The notes below the pieces were generated by a model. It saw only the letters and a program-made list of their open reading frames with translations, did no database searches and was not told the origin of the DNA. A stretch of DNA of 63,651 nucleotides, the filler included, from Hyphochytrium catenoides (taxonomy: Eukaryota > Protista > Hyphochytriomycota): the NCBI GenBank assembly GCA_900088475.1. It is 11 parts of 11 records of this genome, joined end to end, with 100 filler letters (N's around TTAATTAATTAA, not from the genome) between each part and the next. Parts side by side here need not be neighbours in the genome. Positions count along the whole stretch, not along the records: positions 48,919 to 50,569 come from FLMG01004270.1; positions 50,670 to 52,213 come from FLMG01002526.1; positions 52,314 to 58,463 come from FLMG01001997.1; positions 58,564 to 59,745 come from FLMG01002146.1; positions 59,846 to 62,094 come from FLMG01004631.1; 6 more parts are not named here. One strand, given 5' to 3'. The position numbers and the translations under genes were made by a program. This document shows, one piece after another, positions 49,984 to 61,036 of the stretch; within the stretch, counting starts at the first letter, position 1; each line of letters begins with the position of its first letter.

Positions 49984-50569
49984 ATGATGGTGAAGAAGCT
50001 AGCAGTTTTGATTGGATTGGCGGCGCTGTCGCAGGGCTCTGAAGGTTTTCTTACATGGGATCCTAGGGTTTGGGAAGAGAAGGCCAAGGCCGTCCAGGAC
50101 TTTATTCGACCATTCCTTACAAGAGGAGTCAGTCCAAACCTTCGCCCAAACTGGGGAACATCCACCCCTGCTATCGAACCCTCTCCTCAACCTATCAATT
50201 GGAACAAGACGCCCTCCTGGCTGCCCCGTGATCCTCCATATACAAGGCCCACCGCCGCTCCTACTCCTTCCGCCACTGCCCCACCGCAGCCGCAGCCCAC
50301 ACCGTCAACCGTCCCAGTAACAGCACCAACACCTTCAGAGGCTCCAGCAACTACTGCCCCTGCTCCTACCGTGCCAGCCACCGAACCTCCAACACAAACT
50401 CCACCAGTGCCGGCGCCAACTGTCGCACCTTCTGAGGCTCCAGCGCCTGCCACCAGCCAGCCTCCCTACAATCCTGTTACGGCCAGTCCAATTCCTGAGC
50501 CAGTGACGCCCAGTCCAACTCCTGAGCCAGTGACGCCCAGTCCAACTCCTGAGCCAGTGACGCCCAGTC
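49984..50569 (+). CDS. Secreted Pro/Thr-rich mucin-like protein with 9-aa PEPVTPSPT repeats (3' end in gap)
   Basis: Signal peptide MMVKKLAVLIGLAALSQGSEG, a P/T/A-rich body, and a 27-nt tandem repeat at 50483-50569. Confidence 0.8.
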
Positions 50570-52313
50570 NNNNNNNNNNNNNNNNNNNNNNNNNNNNNNN
50601 NNNNNNNNNNNNNTTAATTAATTAANNNNNNNNNNNNNNNNNNNNNNNNNNNNNNNNNNNNNNNNNNNNGCAATACCATTGTAAAGCATCTATTCTCAAG
50701 GAGAAGGAGAAACCTATCTGTGGACGGAAGTGACGACGTTAATGTCAGAAGGCTCAATCGCTCCTCCAATCTCTCTTCCTATCCCCAGAGGTCTTCATCC
50801 ACAGTCGCAGTGCTGTAGGATGGCTCTGATGGCGGTCTGATGCTTAAGTCTAGCGCCTATTGCAGTCTAAGACAGGGAAGGTCTGTTACTAAGGCCACGA
50901 GGCTCTGCCAGCAGGCCGTGGTGGGGCTAGCTCACCAGGAGACGTTAGCTGAACCTCTCTCCACCGCTAAAATGAGCTAGATTGCGTGCTTATACCAAGT
51001 CTAAGTGCGGCTGTGAGAGTGATGGAGCACGACACATCATGGGCTAAGAGCAGTGGCATCACAGCTGTCGATCGATCTTGAGCTGGGAATGGGAGTGATG
51101 GACGAGCTACGTATCTCATAGCACAGTAGAGCAAGGAGCGTCCCAAGAGACAGAGAAAGAAGAGCACCAAACACAAGGCGACGGGGTAACCTTCCATCCT
51201 GACGAGGTGTACCTATTCTCTCAAAGGGCTCTCAAAGGGCCAATATCGTCCCACGCAACCACCGTCAGCCTGCGAAGCTGTAAGGAAGAAATGGTGGATG
51301 TAGACTGTTGTTGCCTAATTTGCAAGCTGGACAACAGGATGCCAGTAGTCCGTCCCGCCAGCACAGACCCAAAGAGACTGCATAAAACCTGTCGCCGTTG
51401 GCTCATTAGAGAGCTCAGATCTGTCTACTGCTGCCTTCTCTTGGAAGAAGCTCCTTCTCCGCGGCGACTATTAACAAGTCCACCACTTGCCTAGCAGCAT
51501 TTCAGCGATGACTAATCAGCCATGAAGTGCCGTCAATGCTTAGTGGGGGTAGCAGCTGAGCCCAGTGTAGGAGAGATCCAGCCAACATGTCCTTTGCTGC
51601 TGCAGTGCTCTGCTGTGAGTTGGCTGTGTAAACAAAAACGTCTTCCAGACAAACTCTTGGCCATTGAACGTCTTCAACAAGAATGTCTGAGGTCTTCCCC
51701 AGCGGCGCCACTGGCGGTTCTAATCCATTAGCATCTGATCCTCGCCGGTAGACAGGCGGAGGTAGAGCCCACTTATCTTTCTGGGATCCAAGAAGCAAGT
51801 CATTGAGCTCATCGGTTCCTAGTCTTCTCACCTGAACCTTTCTTTATAGAATCAATAACCCATTCATCAGGCAACAAGATTGTCTTGACCTTCTAGAGAT
51901 GACCATTCTGTCAGCAGATAGACATTGCTATTCAAGGTACTTCCCTGCACAGCCAAGCTTGTGGGACCTGCTGTTGGCCCAACTTATGAGACTCGAACGT
52001 GCTATCGGGCCAATCACCATTCATGTCCGCTCCAGTGGATGGAAGCAGGATGACATCACGATGAGACATAAGAACTAGCATAAGCATAAAGATCAAAGAG
52101 CAACAATTTATTCATTGTCTTTTATCAGTCAAAGTCTACACAAGCAGCAGAGGTCTGAGGCTCTGGCAGAAGGAGCGAAGTAGCTTAGTACATCTCTCCG
52201 CCACCATCCTCCTNNNNNNNNNNNNNNNNNNNNNNNNNNNNNNNNNNNNNNNNNNNNTTAATTAATTAANNNNNNNNNNNNNNNNNNNNNNNNNNNNNNN
52301 NNNNNNNNNNNNN

Positions 52314-52323
52314 TCTCTCTCTC

Positions 52324-52357
<34 letters not shown>

Positions 52358-52844
52358 CCTCTCTCTCGCTCTCTGTCCTCGCCACGTTAGCTATCATTGC
52401 TGCTACATCCCCTCTCCGCTATTCATTCAGAAACCAACATCCTCTCCGGACATTGGAGAGAGAGAGGCGCCGTAGGGGGACCGCGCCAGCGTTTCTCTCC
52501 TGGGAAAGGTATTGCTAATGAAGCAGCAGCCGCCAAGCATCTAGTGCTAGGGGCTCTGGACTGCAGGATCTCTCTCTCTTCTCTCTCCCTTGCTAGTTCT
52601 CTCCATCTGTCTGTCTCCTGTCTTCCTGTCTCCCTCTTTCTCTGCACTTTGGTACGACGACAAACAAAGATCCCCTGATCCTCTCTCTCTCACTACCTTC
52701 GCTCCACAGCTTGATTTCCTCTCTCTTCTCGACTTTGTGCGGGTTCGGGCTGCATTTTGTCTCCTCCCTTCTCTCTGTTGGGATTCCTTTTTCTCCTCCT
52801 CTCCAGACTCTCTCTCTTTCTTTCTTCAGTCTCTGTCTCGTCTA

Positions 52845-52875
<31 letters not shown>

Positions 52876-53202
52876 GTTCCTCTCCTCTTCCTGGTTCACC
52901 TAGACGGAAAGAGAAAGGAGTGATTGGGCTGCTTCCTTGCCACTAGCTGCCGTAGATTGACCACAGGACAAGGACAGAGTAAGCAGGGAGAGAAGGGGGA
53001 GAGAAGAGAGAGACCTAGAGAGAGAGAGAGAGAAAAAGAGAGAGAGAGGAGAAGTAAAATAGAAACGCTTGGCGAGCGAGACGGAGAAGGAAGACGAGGG
53101 AGAAATCTCATCGTTGAACAGAGAAAGAGAAAGAAGAGGGAGAGAGAGAGGCGGAGAGAAAGAAAGAGAAAGGAGAGAGAGCGAGAGCGAGAGCGAGCGA
53201 GC

Positions 53203-53237
<35 letters not shown>

Positions 53238-53298
53238 CGANNNNNNNNNNNNNNNNNNNNNNNNNNNNNNNNNNNNNNNNGAGAGAGAGAGAGAGAGA
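52314..53298. repeat. CT-rich then GA-rich microsatellite/low-complexity block
   Basis: Long (CT)n-like tracts at 52314-52890 and (GA)n-like tracts at 52980-53298. Confidence 0.9.
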
Positions 53299-54384
53299 GG
53301 GACCACGGAGGAGGGATCTTGAACCCTTGCGGTTCATTTTCTATCAAAAGTGTCATTTCTTCTCATAACGGACGGTCAGGCCGTTTCTTGTTCTTCACTG
53401 CTATATTCCTAATCAAAGCTATCATAAGTCGGGGTATTACAAATAAGTTGCTGTTAAGGTCACTAAAAGCTTGACAATCATAAGACTGGTGGTTCTTCTC
53501 TAGAGGAAGCGGAGCTCTAACATTAAGTTAGGCTAAGGTGTCTCCAGGTGCAGCAGGCTCTCCTCTGCTTGGAACAAGACAGACGCGAAGGCCTTCTTCT
53601 GAGGCAGTGGAGCGCGTCGTGCCTTCTGCTGTTAAAAGCTAGAGGTCGAGCAGCGCAGAGCTTTTTCTTCTCATCGCATCGCTGCTGCTCCCACCACCAG
53701 GCCAGCGTGCTTCTTGAGGGCGAACAGAGGTATGATATATGAGGTGACGGTACTAGTAGATAGGTTAAGGAGAGTCTTTATGGGTGGACTAATTGCTACC
53801 CATCCTCGTCCTTAGCCGGCGGGTTAAGCCCCTATCAACTGAGCCTGCTCTTCTTACTGCCTGGCGGCAGCACTACTTCCGCGTTTGGAGGATGGCAAGG
53901 CGACGACGGCACCGCCCGACCACCACAGGACCCTCATGGACAGCTCCTCCTTCATCAGCAAGGTAAGGACTTATTTCTACACCGTAAGCAGGTGTGGCTT
54001 GACATCAATATAGCTACCAGTTCCCTAAGACTAGCTTATCCACTGCCGTCCTTGCCCACACTGCTCTTGTCTTGGCCGGATCGTCGCACCCTCCTGCGGG
54101 AGCCTTCTGCGGATAGTCTCTGCCATTTATTCACCGCCGCTCGACACTTGTAGTTGTTCATAGTTAAGATTGAAGCTTCTGAACTAAGCTCGGATGCTGA
54201 CGGTAAGACGAAGTTTGCCCCTGCATAGCAGGAGTGGTATCGGCAAGAGGAAGAACGACATTCCTTTGTTCTTGGTGTGAGCTTTTTATGATAGAACAAG
54301 CTTGACACGATGGCCGGCCCTTTATAATAGATTAAGCTTGAGATTGCCTGTCTATTATACATAGATCTACAAGGCAGCATCCCA

Positions 54385-56827
54385 TTATAAAACATGTCGT
54401 TGAGCAGAGGAAGAAGAGGAGCTCACGTAGCTGGCCTCAGGATAAGTTGTTAGGATAAACGCTACCTTGCCGTCCGTGAACTTCGCGTATGAACGCGCAG
54501 GGATGACTACGGGTCTCAGGTGCGCGTAGGGACTGGGAATATCCTCTAATATGGTAGAAGAAGTGACAGCGCTCGTCGTCTCCGTGAGCTGAGCACTGTT
54601 AGCATCAAGGATAAGCTTTTCCACTCTGCATCGGCGATCTTCGGCGGCCTCCTCGTCATCTCTCTCCTGCGGTTCAAGCCTCCGGAACTCCCCAATCAGC
54701 AAGTCATCAGGTCTTCTCCTGCTTTCTTGGTAGAAGTTTGGCTCGACAAACCCGCAGAGGGCGAAATCCAACCGGAGCTGGTCTCCCCGCATATCAAGAG
54801 GCTTGATGCCATAGAACTTGTAATGAAAGCCAACCACTTTCTGCCTCAATAAGCCCCTGGGTAGCATGCACCACGCAATAAAGACAGAGGGGAGTGCAAG
54901 AGAAGAGTTAATACGTCAGCACAAGGAAAATGACACCAAGAGGCTTGGGAAGGGCCGGGGGCATGAGTTGCGGAAGAGATGGACACATTAAAGTAGCCAG
55001 CAGAGGACATCTCCAAGACTGCTAGCAGAAGACATCTCCAAGACTGCTGACCGAGAAGGAGAAACAAACTCTCTTCCCTATCAGCTAACAGTTCCCAAGC
55101 CAGTAAGAGATAGATAGAAGAAAATGGAGAGTGCCGCGGACTATACGATCCACACCTCAATAGAAGCATTCCTTACCAGTGCTCAAGCAGCCGTTGAGGT
55201 CCAACGAGCTCCATCCGCACCATGTCCTCAGCAGTTACACAGTGCGGATGAAGATTGCGGTATGCCCAGTGAAGGAGCTCAACTTGATCTACGTGTGTAT
55301 GGACAAGCTCTGCGGCAACAGCTAGTCGTGAAGCTTGTAGCTTCTCAAAGAGGGCATAGCTGGCACCCTTTTCGAAGCCGTCTTCTAGAGACGGCAGTGA
55401 CTGCTGCCTGAGACGCAGCATCAGTTCGTGGTTCTTCGACTCAAGCTGTTGAAGCTTCTTGTTCATCTTATTCACCTTCTCTCGAGCTCTCTGACGGAAT
55501 CTACGGCACGCTTCTGTGTTACTGGTTCTCCTATGACTGTAGTAGAGGCAAGCAGTGTTATACCGTGATGTCAGAGAGGAAGAGTACAGGGCCAGGGTAT
55601 AAGCGCAGAGCAGATCCAGTGGCAACAAGCGTGCTGGTCAATAAAGACTCACATTCTTCTCAGATCTTCCTCTTCACCCTCCTTTGTCTCAAGAGAAGGA
55701 GCCCGTCTAATCCTCCTGCTGGCAATAGCTCCAGGTACCGTCTCATCGTCCACATCGGTCGTGCTCTCGACTTGACCGAGCCGATTTTCAAAGTCAAACG
55801 TCGAACTGCCGCTAGTATTGTCCCCTGTTGATTCGCTGACATCGTTCAACAGATCAGAGAACAAGGAGCTGGAGGCAGAGGGGAGTACCTCCTCTGCGAG
55901 AGGCTCGATGAAGGAGCAGGACGGGAGAGAGAGAGTAGAGGGATCCTGCCTCACGTGGTCCAGGTATCCAAGCTCTATTATCTGTCCAGAAGCACTAGAA
56001 GGCGTCGGTGGTTGAAGCTCATCGGAATTGTCAAGAAGGGAGAGAAGAGCGGTATCCCAAGAATGCTCAACGACCATAGAAGGCTTTGGCTCCTGGATGA
56101 GACTGAAGGTCTCCTCTCCACCTGCTGCGCTACCACCATCCGATGGAGCGGCAGCCACCACGAGCGATAAGGAAGTAGGCACCGACATGGGAGGAAGCTG
56201 TACAAAGTCAGAACTTGGCACCAGCTGATGACCCTCCTGCACTCCGCAGGCTGCGGCGGGGTACGCCAGAGCCGAAGAAGTAGGATAGGAGGCATCGAGA
56301 TCAATAAAGCATCCACCAGCAGCTCCTTTGGTAGATAGAGTAGGGTAGTCTAGGAGTCCTGGCCAAGCAAGGGACATCGGAGCGGTAGCTGCAGACGTGA
56401 TGCTGGGATACTTTCTTTCTTGATCAACAACTGTGAGATCTTCAGGAGTGAAAGACGAAGGGCGAGCACTGGAAGACACCACTGAGGACAGGATCAGCTC
56501 GATGCCAACACCGCTGTCTCCGTCTTCTATGAGGCACCCCTGCTTACCGTCCACATCTAGCCCCAGACAACGGTTGGTTGTGTCGGCTTCGGCTGCAGGT
56601 GTTAGCCGAGTGTGTGATGGATGGAAGCCCATGCTGCCGAGCTCCGATGGGTCTTGGTGCTCCCCTTCATCTCTTGGATCTTCCCATGATTGCGGCATTC
56701 CAGAAGCATTGCAGGGGAGCCATGTTGTGGAAGACGTTTCTTCTTCTAGGGAGCGGCTCATCGCTTCCTCTGGAGGGAAGATGTCCTCATCGTCATCTTC
56801 TAACTGTTCCTCTTCGGATAAGCGCAC
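54385..56827 (-). CDS. bZIP transcription factor (at least 3 exons; true start uncertain)
   Basis: A phase-2 intron joins EEEDLRRI to HRRTSNTEACRRFRQRAREKVNKMNKKLQQLESKNHELMLRL (N-x7-R basic region plus zipper). A second phase-2 intron joins LLEHW to GLLRQKVVGFHYKFY. The N-terminus is long, acidic and Ser-rich. Confidence 0.78.
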
Positions 56828-57904
56828 GAGGAGGGATTCAAGCGGGGAACTACCAGGGAACTCTCTCTCAGTAAAGAAAGGAGTCTGGAAGGTCGATGGC
56901 GCCGCGCGCAGCTATGAGAATGGGACAGCACTGACCCTGGGATCAAAGGAGACAGAGATTTATTGACCCACTACGAGAAAGAGAAGAAGAGACTGGAGCT
57001 TCAGAATGTAGATCAGCGCCACTCTTCTTCGCGCCGTTCCCATACATTATTGAGGGCCTCAAGGGCACTCTGTCATCCATGATGAGGATAGAGTGCGGGA
57101 GCCGCTGTGCTTTTTACCCGCCTAAGAAGGTAAATCGGGGTCAGAATTATAAGAATCATCGGGTAAATTCACAGCTTTCTACTAGGCATTTAAATGGACA
57201 GACCTAACGGTGATACTGGATGTAGAGTCGAGAGAACATCCAGAAAGAAATACAGCCATGTAGGAAATTCATATATCCCATCGCGAAAGCGACAATAAAT
57301 ACCAATTGTTACCGCAAACACCTGCAGCGATGCAATGGCAACCACCACCTTAGAAGGAACACCGTCCTAATGCCCCACCCCAGACGTCTGTTATAAATCT
57401 TAGGCTTTTGATTCGACGTCTGTTATTATCTTAGGCGACTAGAAATTGATCTACTGGTTTTGTAGAAGCCTAAGATGGGATGGTCGCTGGTTTTTACCAG
57501 TACATTTCTTAGACCTAATGGCCGGTAAAGGACGTCGTCGTCCCATGACAGTCATTCGGGAACTAAAACCCTTGAAAGTATCTCAGCAGAATATTATCTA
57601 TGGACATTTTGGGTCCGTTCCCCACCTTCCCCCCTGTCATCAGGGATACATCCTCTCGCCCACCCACCTTCCGCCGCCACCCTTTGATTGACGCTCCAAA
57701 CGGGTTTGTGTACAGACCTACCCACCCTAGGAGAGGTGTTTTGTCCCCATCGAAGAGACAGAGTGAGCTTTTTTGGGGTTATAGTTATGTAGAGTTGGTG
57801 TAGGAGATGGTCACGGGGGTTTAACTAGCAATGCGTACTGTATTGCAGGTTCTCAAAAGCAAAAAGTTGTTCCTTTATTATTAGGACAGTTTTTAGGATT
57901 TGTC

Positions 57905-58130
57905 GTTTTCCCCCTTTTCTCTCTCTCTCTCCCTCTCTCTCCCTCTCTCTCTCTCCCTCTCTCTTTCTCTTTTCTCTCTCTCTCTCTTTCTCCTTTCTCT
58001 CTCTCTCTCTCTTTCTCCTTTCTCTCTCTCTCTCGCTCACTCTCTCTGTCTCACTTATCTTCTCTCTCTCTCTCTTCTATTCACTGAACCAAGCAACTCT
58101 TTTTTCCTCTCCTTTTCTTCCTCTCCCGCT
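57905..58130. repeat. CT-rich microsatellite block
   Basis: Imperfect (CT)n. Confidence 0.9.
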
Positions 58131-58834
58131 GCGTTGCTCTCTGCCCCATCATTACCTTTCGCTCCCCTATCAGAGGCCAAGAGAAGAAGAATAGGGTTGA
58201 TAGGCAAGATCACAGGTGATGATGCGGTCGGCTCCCGAGAAATGGTTGTTCGTCGTCGGCTGCACAGTCAGCGGAGTGGCAACCCGCCTTTCTCTTCTTC
58301 CCTCTCATCATCACCCTATCCAAAAGAGAGAGAAGAAAGTGGGAGAGAGCTCATGCTAGAAGAGAAGAGAGCGGAAAAGTTGATTGAGAGGGGGAGAGAG
58401 GACAAGCGAGGCCATTGAGGGAGACTGAAGGAGATCCCCGTCTTTACTCGGATTTGGCTAATANNNNNNNNNNNNNNNNNNNNNNNNNNNNNNNNNNNNN
58501 NNNNNNNTTAATTAATTAANNNNNNNNNNNNNNNNNNNNNNNNNNNNNNNNNNNNNNNNNNNNTCCAATCTTACACTTTTTACGCTCACACCTGATACCA
58601 TCAGTTAGGCATCAGCACCTCCCCCCACAAACCCTACGCTTTCGTTTCACTCAGCGAAAGCAAAAATCTCCAAAACGGGGGTCAAACAAACATGGCACAC
58701 GTAACACATTGTCAAAACATTACTTTTCACTCGATCATTGCTAGCAGGCGGGTAGGGAAACCAATTATATACTTCAGGGAGAACAGGGTAACTGTGCCTA
58801 TCAGGCAAGAAATATGAAGATGTGACACACAGAC

Positions 58835-59187
58835 TGTTATAATGTAACGGATTCTGAAGACACTCTTAATTAGGTTAGCGTGGTCTACTACTAACATGGC
58901 AGAATGAGTGCGGAAAGCTTATAGGACCCTGGTTTCCTAGTTATTATGTGTCTAGTTGTTCTAGTTATTCTACAAGACACAGCTACTGTTTTTTCACTTC
59001 CCATGAAAACCTACTTTGTAAGAATACACCTAGCTGATATAACTCTGGAACACTTTGTGCTTTTTATCCTTCTTGTGAGGTGGAGTCTGGAACTGAGAGC
59101 TTTTTCAGAGCTTTTGTCAGCTTCGGCTCTCAACACCTCCCCCCAGGTCCAGACTCCTCGATTGTCCGCGGCCTCCACCTAGTCCTC
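58835..59187 (-). mobile_element. Copia 3' remnant (family A, copy 2): PPT + ~300-bp LTR
   Basis: On the minus strand, PPT GGGGGGAGG is followed by TGTTGAGAGC (59135) ... ATTATAACA (58835). It is a diverged copy of 59250-59620. Confidence 0.8.
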
Positions 59188-59249
59188 TTGGATTTGTATG
59201 AGATGATTGGACAATATCATTAGATGAGCCCAAGGGTGAGTCTCAAATT

Positions 59250-59745
59250 TGTTATAATGTATGGGATTTGAAGACACTCTTATTTAGGTTACGTGGTCTA
59301 CTGATATGCTCAGAGTGAGTATGAAGGCTTATGGGACCCTGTTTCCTAGTTATCAAGTTGTCTAGTTCTTATGCAGAGTAACTGTGTCTCGTAAAAACTA
59401 CCAGACTCAGTTACTACTTCTTGACGTCACATGATGACTTACCTAATGATAATAATCTAGTTATCATAACTCTGAAACACTTTGTTTTGTGCCTTCTTCC
59501 TCTTGTCAGATAGAGTTTGGAACTGTGAGCCTTTAGAGATCTTGTCAGCTTCTGCTCTCAACACCACCTCTCCGCAGGTCCAGACTTCCTGAGTGTCCGT
59601 CGGCCCCGCCTTGTCCTCCCCGGAAAGTAGAATTTGTCTTACGACGGATGTGGACAGGACAATCCCGAGTTGCGGAAGAAGTTCTCGGAACTGAGGTGCC
59701 GGTAACGCCTTCGTGAGAATGTCGGCAGTCATCTTCTTGGTTGGA
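59250..59745 (-). mobile_element. Copia 3' remnant (family A, copy 1): RNase H end + PPT + ~314-bp LTR
   Basis: PTKKMTADILTKALPAPQFRELLPQLGI, then PPT GGAGAGGTGG, then an LTR from TGTTGAGAGC (59563) to ATTATAACA (59250). Confidence 0.88.
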
Positions 59746-59845
59746 NNNNNNNNNNNNNNNNNNNNNNNNNNNNNNNNNNNNNNNNNNNNTTAATTAATTA
59801 ANNNNNNNNNNNNNNNNNNNNNNNNNNNNNNNNNNNNNNNNNNNN

Positions 59846-59976
59846 AAGCCATAGATATAAACAGGGACATTTCGTTTGCTTCATATCTCGGCCTCTACTG
59901 GGAGTTTAGAGCTGAAACTTGGGTAGTTAAGCTTGCTAGCTTGTAGTCCACATAGCTGTGCCCTCAGACTCCAACA
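59846..59976 (-). mobile_element. LTR family B, inverted copy truncated by gap
   Basis: Reverse complement of 60714-60844 with 3 mismatches in 131 nt. Confidence 0.9.
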
Positions 59977-60713
59977 TTTTTTTCTCTTCTTCAAACCAGC
60001 GTTGCTAGCTGTACGTCGCTTGGCTGATCCAGCGCGCTGACTAACAATCATGTTCTGCTTATTCAGTGATATAGGGTCAAACGGGCTTTCATTCTCCTTG
60101 TCGTTGTCGTTGCCATCAAACTCCTCCTTGGCTAACTGTTCAGTTTGCTCTATGAAAGCAGGAGAATAGAAAGGCCATAGTCAAGCAGAAGGCACATCTA
60201 GTGCTGGACTTACCATAGTATAGAATGCGGAGGAAGAGGTAAAAATGTACGCCTCAGCTGGATATGAGCCAGCCACTGGGAGTTCCCTGGGGACAATGTC
60301 AGGTCTGTTAAGTAGACGTAGCAAGTCCTGAGCCGGATCCTCTTCGTTTACTCGAAAGGGCCTATAACCACATCCCTCACAGAGCAGGGGAAGTCGGGCC
60401 CAGATCTGTTGTTCGACCAACAAGAAACTAAGCCGCACATAATGGAAAATAAGGCTCTTACCATCAAGGTACTTAAATACTGCTCACTGACTGACCTGTT
60501 CCATGCCTCTCCGAGCTTCAGCAATTCCCCGAGGGAGTCTTGCTGCTGCTTCTTCTTCCACTTCCCTACAAGGTGATTGCTGCCGCTGCCGCACGCCAGT
60601 TTGTCTACGGTAAACCTGCCGCAAATAATCTTCTACTTCCTCCAAAGTTGCACCATCATTTTCGTCACCTTCTCCACCTCCTAGAAAAGGAGGGCATGCA
60701 ATACGTCGTCTAA

Positions 60714-61036
60714 TGTTGGAGTCTGAGGGCACAGCTATGTGGCCTACAAGCTGGCAAGCTTAACTACCCAAGTTTCAGCTCTAAACTCCCAGTAGAAGCC
60801 GAGATATGAAGCAAACGAAATGTCCCTGTTTATATCTATGGCTTATGGTCAGTACCCCGGAATACCTTCAGGACGACTGTTCTAGACAGGGATTTCTCTA
60901 TGACTGAATATCTTCGGGTATATTAGGAATAGTTGGCATAGTCAGAATAGCTCTAGTTTATGGGACCCCAGTTGGGCTTATAAGTGGAGCACTCTCATCT
61001 AATGACATTGTCCAATCATCCCATACAAATCCAACA
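60714..61036 (+). mobile_element. Solo LTR (family B), 323 bp, with 5-bp TSD TCTAA
   Basis: TGTTGGA...TCCAACA terminal inverted repeats. TCTAA occurs at 60709-60713 and 61037-61041. Strand assignment is arbitrary. Confidence 0.93.

Noticed and set aside
50670-52200. Possible decayed LRR/F-box gene (also 28950-29900) and unassigned frames at 62185-63651
   Set aside because: Only vague Leu periodicity with many stops; no defensible motif.
53299-53345. tRNA T-arm-like GGGTTCAAGATCCC on the minus strand
   Set aside because: No acceptor, D or anticodon stems could be built.
52590-53368. Many SL/RE-rich ORFs (also 10218-10609, 57825-58418)
   Set aside because: Microsatellite translation artefacts.
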